A stretch of DNA of 64,000 nucleotides from NCBI RefSeq assembly GCF_009914755.1, contig NC_060944.1, one strand, 5' to 3'. The notes beneath the pieces were generated by a model. It was not told the DNA's origin. It made no database searches and was given only the letters and a program-made list of their open reading frames with translations. A program made the translations under genes and the position numbers. Positions 46,200 to 58,477 of the stretch are shown in pieces (within the stretch, counting starts at the first letter, position 1; each line of letters opens with the position of its first letter). The stretch is from the human T2T-CHM13v2.0 reference genome, Homo sapiens.

Positions 46200-46640
46200 A
46201 GTGAATAATGGCCCCAAAGATATTTGGTCCTAGTGTCTGGAACCCGTGGATGTTACCTTCTATGGCAAAGAGGGCTTTGCAGGTGTGATTAAATAAAGGA
46301 TCTTGAGATAGATCATCCTGGATTAGACAGGAAGGCCCTAAATGTAACCACAGGTGTCCTTATAAGAGGGAGATTTGATAACAGAAGAGGAGAAGCCAAT
46401 GTGATGATGGGAGCAGAGATGGGAGTGATGTGTTTTGAAGACAGAGGAAGGTGCCATAAGCTCAGGAATGCAGAGGGCCAGCAGGGGTTGAAAAGACAAG
46501 CACAAAGATCCTCCCCTTCGAGCCTCCAGAAGGAAATCTGACTTTAGACTTCCGACCTCCAGAACTGTAAAAGAATATATCTGTATTGTTTTAAGCCACC
46601 GAGTTTGTAGTAATTTGTTACTGCAGCAACAAAACAAAAC
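46200..46640 (+). mobile_element. MLT1C/D-type LTR
   Basis: gaataatggccccaaagat, gagcctccagaagga, tttgtagtaatttgttactgcagc. Confidence 0.8.
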
Positions 46641-47597
46641 AAAACAACCTGTGTGATCTCATGTCATCCTCAAGATGATGCACTTTACAGCGGAAGAAAC
46701 GCAGGCTCAGAAAATCATTTGCCCATGGCTCATAGCTAGTAAGTCCAGAGCTGGCTTGAGCCCAAACCCAGGACTCCCTGGCACAAAAGCCTTTGCTGAC
46801 CCCTGCATCTGCTGCACCGCTTCAGCTCCTGCCCACTTTCTACAGGGCCCAGCAGCTGTGGTTGCCTCAGCCCAGTCTCGTCCCCCAGGGATATCAAGAG
46901 GCCCCCGAGTTTTATATTCCTGATATTCCTGCTGCCTGTCTGAGAGGGCCTGGGGCTGGGTTACCAGCATGTTCCCCACATCCTTCACATCTGCAAGAAA
47001 GTCTGGTTCTCTGGGGCCTGGCATCACCTGGCTGACTGTGCAGGACGGAGATCTGGCTGCACTTTGGCAACCAATGAAATGACAGGGAGGGAACCTCGGG
47101 CCTTGCTCCTCCTCCACCAACCAACAGAGTAGTGGACCCTGCAGTTCAACCTGGATCTAGCTGCTGGCAAAGAGGCTTTCACTGCATGAGCTGACAGAGC
47201 ACTCCAAAACCACACGGGGAAACTTCCTTTTCAAAAAATCTATGCCTGATTTTAAAATTTTACAAACTATCAAAACCATTACATTAAAGCAACAGTGCGC
47301 TGACGTCACTTTGCTAATGCAATAGCTATTTTAGCTTTTGAGCCTTCCTTGTCTGTCCAGGTGCACACCTATTATTTTTTCGTTTTTTGGGGGGCCTCCA
47401 TTTATAACACAGTGTACACACCTATTTTTTATCAGGGCTGTGAACACAATAAAGATTCCATTTTTGAGGCATGGTGGTTAATAGCATGGAATCTGAAGTC
47501 ATGCTATGTGGGTGTGAATCCCTGACTTACTAGCTTTCACCTAGACAAGTCAATTAGTCCCTCTGTGCATTGGTTTTCTCTTCTTCAAAGTAAGAGA

Positions 47598-48078
47598 TGT
47601 CAGGCAGATTTCTCATATGGCTCCTGTATTCCCATCCTAGCGTAATCCCTTCCCCCTGAGTGTGGGCTGGACCTAGAGACATGCATCTAAAGAACAGAAT
47701 ATGCAAAAGTCATGGGATGTCACTTCCATGATTCGTTTAGACTGTGACTTCTCTCTTGCCACCAGAGTCTCTTGCTGGCTTTGCTGAAGCAAGCTGCCAT
47801 GTTGGAGAGGAATTGAGCCCCTCAGTCTAATAGGCTGCAAGAAACTGGATCCTACCAATACCACGTGTTTGAGAAATGGATATTTCCCTGGTGGAGCTTT
47901 CAGATGAGACCACAGCCCTGGCCAATACCTGGACTGCAGCCCAAGAGAGACCCTGAGCCAGAGGACTCAGCTATACCCTGATACCCGACCTGCAGAACTG
48001 TTAAGACAACAAACGTGTGTTGTTTTAAGCTGCTCTATGTGGGGACAATTTGTTATGCGGTGATGGGTAACTAACACA
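47598..48078 (+). mobile_element. MLT1E/F-type LTR
   Basis: taatcccttccccctgagtgtgggctggacc, cagatgagaccacagccctggcc. Confidence 0.75.
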
Positions 48079-48903
48079 ATGGGGATAATAATAGTGCCTA
48101 CATCATAGGGTAATGAAAATTAAATGAGTTAATGGCCACAAAGGTCTAAGAACAGTGCCTTGCACAGAGTAAGCACTATCGAAGGGTTAGCTGTTCCTGC
48201 CATACTTTTATAATTTATTCACTTAAGTAATTTTCCAGTTTCCATATACTGACATTTATCATTTAATTGTTCAACCATTTTTTTCTTTAAAAATCCATCA
48301 TCTACATATTTTTGTGCTAGTGATTCCCCTTCTGGGAGTGTGATCAACAGATATACTCAAATTGTACAAAATGACACATGTACAAGTCCCAAATGACTTC
48401 TGGAAACTTTTGTCCCCAGACCCATCATTCACTTCTTTATCTGGTGAACTCCTACTCATCCTTCAGGACCCTACCCCAGGAAAGCTTACCCTAACTGCCA
48501 GCTGTCTGCTCTTACCATCTCTTGCACTTAGCTGCCAGGTGACTTTGCCTTTCTCTGATTAGCCTGTGAGCTACACGGTATTTACTGTAACACTGTAATA
48601 GCAAAAGATTGGAAACAAAGCCAAGTCCAGCAGTACAGAGCTGGTTAACTAAATTATGGCATAGCCATTTGAAGGAGTATTATGTAGCCAATCCTAGGAA
48701 TAAGATTGATCTTTGTGTATGACAAAGAGTGAATTCCAAGATATGTTAAATCAGGTAGCAAGGTGTAAAAGAATTTCTATTGTATGTAACATTTGTGTAA
48801 ACAGACAACCTGTTTGCTCTTCTATATAGAGAATATTTATGGAAAGATAGGTAAGAAACTTATAATACAGGTTGCCCACTGTGAATGAGGTGGAAGGGAG
48901 GCA

Positions 48904-48904
<1 letters not shown>

Positions 48905-48937
<33 letters not shown>
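48905..48937. repeat. (CA)n microsatellite
   Basis: Read directly. Confidence 0.95.
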
Positions 48938-48941
<4 letters not shown>

Positions 48942-49159
48942 TTTGGGCTGGTTATTTTCCTTTGGCCCCATCTCCCCCCCTTGCCCCACCCCATCCATTC
49001 CCTACCCAGCTCTGCCCAGGGAGATCATCTCTACAGCCTGCATCACTAGCACCCTTGCTCACTGGCTTCCAGTGCGCCCAGTCAATTCAGGGCCCAAGCA
49101 CGAGGCCGGAGAGGGCTGGGTATCTATTCCACTTCTCCCTCTTCCTGCCTGTCTGTCTC

Positions 49160-49836
49160 CTCCACAGCTACAGCTCTCACCCACCCCCACCGTCCCCCTC
49201 CACACCTGCAGCTCTCACCCACCCCCACCGTCCCCCTCCACACCTGCAGCTCTCACCCACCCCCACCGTCCCCCTCCACACCTGCAGCTCTCACCCACCC
49301 CCACCGTCCCCCTCCACACCTGCAGCTCTCACCCACCCCCACCGTCCCCCTCCACACCTGCAGCTCTCACCCACCCCCACCGTCCCCCTCCACACCTGCA
49401 GCTCTCACCCACCCCCACCGTCCCCCTCCACACCTGCAGCTCTCACCCACCCCCACCGTCCCCCTCCACACCTGCAGCTCTCACCCACCCCCACCGTCCC
49501 CCTCCACACCTGCAGCTCTCACCCACCCCCACCGTCCCCCTCCACACGTGTAGCTCTCCCCACCCCCACCGCCCCCCTCTACATCTGCAGCTCTCCCACC
49601 CCCACCGCCCCCCACACCTGCAGCTCTCATCCACCCCCACCACCCCCCTCCACACCTGCAGCTCTCACCCACTCCCACCGCGCCCTTCCACGCCTGCAGG
49701 TCTCACCCACCCCCACCGGGCCCCTCCACAGCTATAGCTCTCACCCACCCCCACCATCCCCCTCCACAGCTGCAGCTCTCACCCACTCCCACCACCCCCC
49801 TCCACAGCTGCAACTCTCACCCACCCCCACCGTCCC
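49160..49836. repeat. 38-bp minisatellite (VNTR), about 18 copies
   Basis: Unit ctccacacctgcagctctcacccacccccaccgtcccc; 9 identical copies 49198-49539 with diverged flanking copies. Confidence 0.96.
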
Positions 49837-50581
49837 CATCCCTGCTCCAGTCATCACACCATTTCCCTGTCCCCCACCTCTTGCCCCTTCAGGCCTGGGG
49901 TATAACAGCTCCCATGGCTGCTGGTCCTGGATGCCTTAACATACCTTGTTAATTTTTCTGCCCACATCTCTGCAAACAGCACCTTCTTTAAACTCTCCCC
50001 AATTAAATCCTTGCAATAGACCCTTTCCTGCCAGGACCCACACTAATACGATCCTTCTGGATATTCTGAATGTGCATAAATTATAATCACTCCAAAATAA
50101 ATATTTTTAAAATCTCACATCTATTGGTACTAGACCTTTTAGAAGTATGGTTTCATTTATTCCTTACAACAATCCTAGCAGGCAGGTATTATTATGTCCA
50201 CTGAATAGGGAAACTAGGCCTCCTTTGGGGGCAGCCACACAGCAGGGAAGCTCTGGGTTGTGATGGAACGGCAGTCTACCTGATTCCAAAGGTTGTGCTA
50301 AGCCGCATCACCAGCACCTTTGCTCACTGGCTTCCAGTGTGCCCAGCCGACTGACTGGAGGCCCCAGCAAGAGGCCAGAGAGGGCTGGGTGTCTATTCCC
50401 CTTCTATGTCAGGGCAGGATGGCCCTAGGGGAGATTCAAGTCTAATCTCCTGCCTATCAAGCAAGAAGAGGGAAAGGCCTGGGTTAAAAACCTAAGTTTC
50501 CCAGGCTGGTCCTGTTCCATCTGATGCTCTCCAATGCCTTCTTAGAGCTGGAAGGCATGACTGAGATGTAGGCAGGGGGCG

Positions 50582-51587
50582 ATATAAATAAATATATACT
50601 TATTATAAATATATATAAATAAATATATATTATAATATATAAATATATATTTATTATAAATATATATAAATATATATTATAATATATAAATATATATTAT
50701 TATAAATATATAAATAAATATATATTTATTATAAATACATATATTTATTATATATATAAATATTTATTATATATATAATAAATATTTATTATATATATAT
50801 AATAAATATTTATTATAAATATATATAATAAATATTTATTATAAATATATATAAATAAATATATATTAGAAATATATATAAATATATATTTATTATATAT
50901 ATAATAAATATATATTTATAATATATATAATAAATATATATTTATTATATATATAATAAATATATATTTATTATATATATAAATAAATATATATTTATAA
51001 TATATATAAATAAATATATATTTATAATAAATATATATAAATAAATATATAATTTATATAAATATATATTTATATATAAATAAATATGTTTATTATAAAT
51101 ATATATAAATAAATATATGTTTATTATAAATATATAAATAAATATGTTTATTATAAATATATAAATAAATATATATTATTATAAATATATATAAATATAT
51201 ATTTATTATAAATATAAATATATATTTATTATAAATATATATAAATATATATTTATTATAAATATATATAAATATATATTTATTATAAATATATATAAAT
51301 ATATATTTATTATAAATATATAAATATTTATTATAAATATATACATTAATATATATTTATTATAAATATATAAATATTATAAATATATAAAGATATATTT
51401 ATTATAAATATATAAAAATATATTTATTATAAATATATATTTATAAATATACATAAATATACATTTATTATAAATATATATAAATATTTATAAATATACA
51501 TAAATATGTTTATTATAAATATATATATTAATATATATATTTATAAATATATATAAAATATATATTTATAAATATATATATATAAAA
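50582..51587. repeat. About 1-kb A/T low-complexity (TA-rich) repeat
   Basis: Almost only A and T; recurring tttattataaatatata motif. Confidence 0.96.
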
Positions 51588-53078
51588 CCACCTGTGCCAG
51601 GTGGCTAACCATTTAGCTGCTGGGTGCTGGGAATGACCAAGTGGACAGAATACCAAGAGGGGTAGGGGGGATGCCTGGGGGGCTCAGGGAGGCTGCTAGT
51701 GACAAACCAGTATAGACTATTCCAATATTTAACAATTGGCATGACCATACCTACTGGGGTGCCCAGCTAGATGCTAACCCCGGATGTAAAGGTTCCTTCT
51801 TATGCCCCATCTAGTCCAGAAACCTTCCCCAGAGGCCACCCCCAGAAAATTTGGTCTTAAACCTCTGCTTAAAACCCCACAGTGCCTTTCCTAGTGCCTG
51901 AAGGATGACATGGAAATGCTTTCATGTAACTTCATGACTTAGCTCCTGCCAACCTCTCTGGTCTGACTCCAAACTCAACCTTCTAGTCAGACAGAAACTT
52001 CCAGTTCCTCAAATGTGCCCTGTCGATTGTTTCTATGCCTGGGGTGAAAACATAGGTAATTTCTTCTCCTGGGAACTCTTGTCTCCATCCCCATCTTTCG
52101 GTTCTTTATCTGGTGAACTCCTACTCATCCTTCAGGACCCTTCCCCAGGGTAGCTCACCCTGACTGCCAGCTCTCTACCGTCTCCTGCATTTCGCTTCCA
52201 AGGTCACTTTGTCTTCCTCTGATTAGTCTGTGAGTCCCACAAGGGGCAGAAGCTTCGCTGCTGTGTGCCTGTCACCAGACAGAGGCTGGCACAGAGCAGG
52301 ACTATTTATCTGAAAATATTTAGGCTCACCAGGAATGTGCTGGACAAACGTTTTGTTATATGAATCACATATACTTGACTGTGAGACTCACAGAGCTGGA
52401 CGGACCCTTAGAAATCATCTCATCTCCTTTAAGATCAACACAGCAACAAGAAGGGGAAACTGTGGCCCAGAGAAGTCTGTGTGATCATTTTCAATTTTCA
52501 ATCATTGAGAGTTAGTCATTGTGATCGTTACTCTGTTATAGACATATTGGAAGGGTTAGGTACTACATGACAGGCCCATTGTAAGTGCTTGTACATATCA
52601 TGTCACTTTACTGAACAGCAGCCTTATGAGAGAAATACTATCATTATCACCCTCAGTGTACACATGAGAAAACCAGTACTCTGAGCATTTCAATAACTTG
52701 CCCAAGACAACCTGTACACAGACAGCAAGGGATGGCAAGTTAGTCCAGGTCCACAGGAGGTGCTTCATGGAAGCCTTGGGCAATGGAGCTGACACAAAAA
52801 TGTGATCATGTACCATGGATGAACAGAGGGTAAAACCTACCCCAGACCCCTTCCAGCCTCATGCTTGGGGAACCTGGAGGCCTCAGATGGCCTAGGAGTA
52901 GTGAACATTTCTCTTTAGGAAACACAGACAGGATGAAGGTCCTGCCACCCTCTCCAGAGGGCCATGACTGTCACCGTGCTCCTGCAGGGGGACGAAGTCT
53001 GCTGGAAAATGGCCTCACCCTTTGCCTATTCTGCTCCCTGGGTGCAACCCAGCAAGAGGATGCTGAATCCCCTGGGAC

Positions 53079-53118
53079 TCATCACCATCATCATCATCAA
53101 CATCAACATCACCATTAT
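53079..53118. repeat. Imperfect (CAT)n repeat
   Basis: Read directly. Confidence 0.8.
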
Positions 53119-54607
53119 GAATAGGCAATGCTTGCTGCGCACCTACTAGATGCCCGGCACTTGCATGCGTTTTCTTAATTAATTCTCACAATATTCTCTA
53201 AAGTAGGTATCACTATCCCCACTTTGCAGGTGAGAAGATTATATAACCCGTCAAATCCACACAGCCAGGGAAGAGGAAAGCCAGGAATCCTATTGTGGCT
53301 TAACACCAAAATAAGAAGATGGAAGCATTAGTTACTACTGGAGTCAGACAACCTGGTTTCAAACCCCAGCTCCCTCACTTCCAACTTGCATGATCTTTGC
53401 CAAGTCATGGAACCTCTCCCAGTCTCAGTTTCCCCATCTGTAAAATGGGTTACTAATAGCACTTAGCTATACTAGTAGCTACTTCTTGTAAGGATTATGT
53501 AAATTGTGGCATGTGAAGGGTATATTCATTCAGTTGTGACAAGGATTTACTAGGCACCTAATAGACCCTTTCCTGCCAGAACCCAGACTGATGCAACCCT
53601 TCTGGATATTCTGAATGTGCATATAGTATATAGTATATGTGTACATTATGTGTACCAGAACCTGGGCTAATCTTGGGGTACCATTGTGAACAGGAGAGAC
53701 TCGCCTTCTGGAACTTACAGACCAGCTCAGCATTGTGCCCAGCACATAGTAGGTACCCCATGAATGTTAGCTGCTATTTTTTGTTATCACTACTTAGCGG
53801 ATTTTCTCCCCAAGGGTTGGGCTCCCACCCTGGGGCTCGCCTGCCCAGGAGCCTGCTGACTTAGCTCTTGGTGTGCTCTGCCCCCGCCCCGCCCCACCCC
53901 ACCCGGGAGCCGGCCTGCAAAGGCATCTTACAAGGCCCCAGTCAGCAGACATCTCCTGCCTAAATAAGGACAAGGCGCCCAGGAGAGCTTTCTGTGAGCC
54001 GGAGGAATGTGACAGCTGAGTCCTCCCAGCCCAGCGGCCTCCCCCGCCTCCCGCCCCTCCCCAGGTGGGGCTCGGCTGGGGCATTCCAGCTTTTCCCAGA
54101 GCAGATCCCAGTGTCACTGACACCCACTCGCACCCCACCCCAGGCTGCTCTAAAAACTGATAAGGAGCTCTGGGAAGGAATTCCAGGCAGCTCCATTTGC
54201 TCCTGGGGGCTGGCGACCCTGCTGTCACAAGGACAGGGGAGGAAGAAGCCACCAGGCGGGGCCGAACCCAGCCTTCCTCTGGACAACTGCATCCCTTTGT
54301 TCAAAACACACTTCCAGAGATCGGATTCGGCCCCAGGCACCGTGCCAGGTACTGGAGGTCCAGAGGAGGTTCCAACCCCGTTGCCTTATCCCATCATAGC
54401 AGTCACAACTGGGCTAAGTCTTTGAATCCTGCCCTTTCAAAGACTGGATTTTGAACAAGTCCTTCTAAAGACTGGCTTTCCTTCTCTCTGACACTGGGAA
54501 GAGGGAGAGGAGAAATCTGTCTTTCAGGCCAGTGTCTCTGAAGGATGGGATGCTTTCTACTGGCAGGACCAAGAATGATAGGTGGTACCAGACCATTCAT
54601 TAAGTAA

Positions 54608-54961
<354 letters not shown>

Positions 54962-55027
54962 TTTAATGCGTCTCTTACACGCTGTTTTTTAACTGAGAGC
55001 CCAGCAGCAAGCAGCCTTGAGTCTGAG

Positions 55028-55328
55028 TTTGTTTGCTTTATTAGACAGAGTCTGGCTCTTTCGCCCAGGCTGGAGTGCAGTAGTGTGATCATGGCTCCCT
55101 GAAGCCTCAACTTCCTGGGCTCAAGCTATCTTCCTGCCTCAGTCTCCCGAACAGCACCTGGGACTACAGGTGAGCACTGCCACACCCAGCTAATTTTTTT
55201 ATTTTTTTGTAGAGATGGGTTCTCACCATATTGCCCAGGCTGGTCTCAAACTCCTGGCCTCAAGCAATTCTCCTGCCTTGGCCCCCTCAAAGTGCTGGGA
55301 TTACAGGCATGAGCCACTGCACCTGGCC
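55028..55328 (-). mobile_element. Alu (J-like)
   Basis: Reverse Alu dimer. Confidence 0.9.
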
Positions 55329-56493
55329 AAGATTTTAATAAGCAACTGAGGGATGGGGTTTAATGATATTTTGCTTCACTGTATTCTTTTTCTTCTTCTT
55401 TTTCTTTTTTTTGGCTAACTTTTTCTAATCTAATACTAGATTTGTATTTATGGTAATGATCTAAAGTTTCTTTATAAGAATAAATTTAGATTTAAGAAAG
55501 TTAAAATGTTTTTTAAATAGTAAGGGGATCCAGACAGCATGTGGACACGGCGCGGCTCAGGAAGGTATGGCAGTGACTGGCATTTGGCAATCGCTGCCTT
55601 GCCCCAGCTGCCACACCGCTGTGCCTTTGCCTCGCCTCGTCCTCCTGTTTGCTCTTCCATGCTGACCTCACTGGGCTGCCCTGGACTCCCTCTGAGCTAA
55701 AGTCATCTCCCAAAGGATCCACAGTAACAATAGCTGCCCATGACTGGGACGTGGGAAAGGCCAAGCAAGGAAGTGAATCTGGGCCGGCTTTTTTCCCCCC
55801 AAGGACAAGGCAAGGAGAGCTCAGTGCTCCAGGAAATGGAGAACCACAGAGGGGCAGGGACTTGCCCGGGGTCATTCAGCAAGTCAGTGGCAGAGGCCTT
55901 CCCACCCTAAAACAATGTGGACGGGAAGATAAAATGGGACAGCCACCACAGAGAGCCTTTGATCCAGCAACTGCGAGTTGGGGGAATTTATTCTAGAGAT
56001 ATACCAACCCATGGGTGGAAATATTGATCTAACACAGCAAATATCTGGAAACTACCCAAACATCCATGTTCAACAATGGGGACCTGATTCAGTAAATTGT
56101 GGCACAGCTATATAATGGAATTCTACACAAGCATTTAGAAACTGATCAAGTTCTGTACTTGGAAAAACATGAATAGATCTCCAATATATACACAGCAAAG
56201 AAAAAAAAGCAAGATTCCAAACAGTATGTATATGCTACAGTATAATATGCTACTTTTTGTGTAAGAAAGAGAAGAACAGGAATCTATACATTTGTTTATA
56301 TTAGGTTGAACAGTATGAAATTGCCATTTTATAGGCCAAACCTGGTCAAATATTAGCAATTTCATATTTTCCATCTTAATAGAAAGTAACTGGAAGGAAA
56401 GGAAAGAAACTACAAACAAGAGTTGCCTATGGAGGTGGCAACAAGATGGGGACAGGAAAAGGAGATGGACTCTTTATAGTAATACTTTTCTAA

Positions 56494-56831
<338 letters not shown>

Positions 56832-58157
56832 TTAATAAAGGAAAACACCAGTAGGGCCTCTTAGGGCAGGCTTTCTGCAACATGACACCTGTCTCTATAT
56901 CCATCCCAGCTGGGTGGTCAGGGAGAAACTGTGCAGGCCTGAGCCCAGGGGGCACCCCAGTTTAGCTTCTGACAAATCCCTTCTAGAGAACCTGCTCTGT
57001 GGCATTTCCCACCCTCCACGTGGTGGGTCAGAGCTCCAGGGGCCTCCACCCCTTGGGCCAGGCTTCTGGCAAAGCTACAGCAGGTCCTATGGGATGATGG
57101 TTGTGGCACCAGGCTGCCATGACTTTGTAGGAGCACCCCCTTGCCAGACAGGGCCACACGAAGCCAGGGCTGATGGGAACAGCACTTCAGCAGCAATGCA
57201 ATAGGTCCCCACAAGGATACGGCTTGGCCAAAGGTAGCTCTGAAAACGCATTCCCACCGCTGCCCCTCCCTCCTATCTGGTCCTATGGCACATGTCCTCT
57301 AGCAGCCTAAGGAGAGAGGTTCTCCCTGGGGTGATCGCTGGGATTATGGAAACACCTGGGAGATCCCCACCGAGATCTCACCCTTCAATAACACCAAGAA
57401 GAATCACTGAAGCAAGGGTAATCGTAGAATAATTTTTTTAAGCTGCCACTATTGAATGACTGTGGTGTACAGTATTTACACAGGTTATATCTCATTTTAC
57501 CCTCAGTGGTAAGTACTATATCAATTTCTACCACCTCCCACCGTTGGAGAAACTGAGGCTCAGGAAAGTGACATGCCCAAGGAACGAGTGTTATCTGACC
57601 CCAAAGCCTGTGCTCTTGACCGTGAATGATGTTTGTGCCTCTGTCTCTCCATCTGAAAGATGGAGAAGGAGGAGACATGAAAACAGAGGTGCAGTGAAGG
57701 GGCTAGAGATGTGGTGACCAGGGAAGACTCGGGATATTAAGGTCACAGTCTTCAAACCTCTGCAAGGATGTTGAGACAGACATTGCTAGCTGCTCACCAA
57801 ATATCCATTCTCTCCCTCTTTCCCACTAACGGAAGCCTAATTTGTTCAGGGAAGCAACGCATCCGGCTAAAAATATTCACCTTCCCATTCTCTACATCTG
57901 GGGAAGGTCTTCACTTCTGCATGGAGAGAAGCTGTTGCATTTGGACCTCCGCTGCCTGGAATGCAGAGGTGAGGCTAGGTGTGCAGTGGCTATTTCTGAG
58001 TGTGAGGACAAAAGCCACCCTCTAAGGACAGAGGGAGGGAAAGGCAGATGGAGGCGGGTCCCTGAGGGCATCATGGAGCTGCCATTCAGCCTAGCACAGC
58101 CTCTCTGATCACATCATGTGAGAAAAAGAAGCCCAATGGGTGAGGCAGTAGAAGCAG

Positions 58158-58477
<320 letters not shown>

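Noticed and set aside
49160-49836. Regular repeat array superficially like CRISPR
   Set aside because: Tandem units with no unique spacers, eukaryotic context, no cas genes
48872-49939. 355-aa and 264-aa Pro/His/Ser-rich ORFs
   Set aside because: Produced by the stop-free 38-bp VNTR, which is open in several frames; non-ATG starts; no coding evidence
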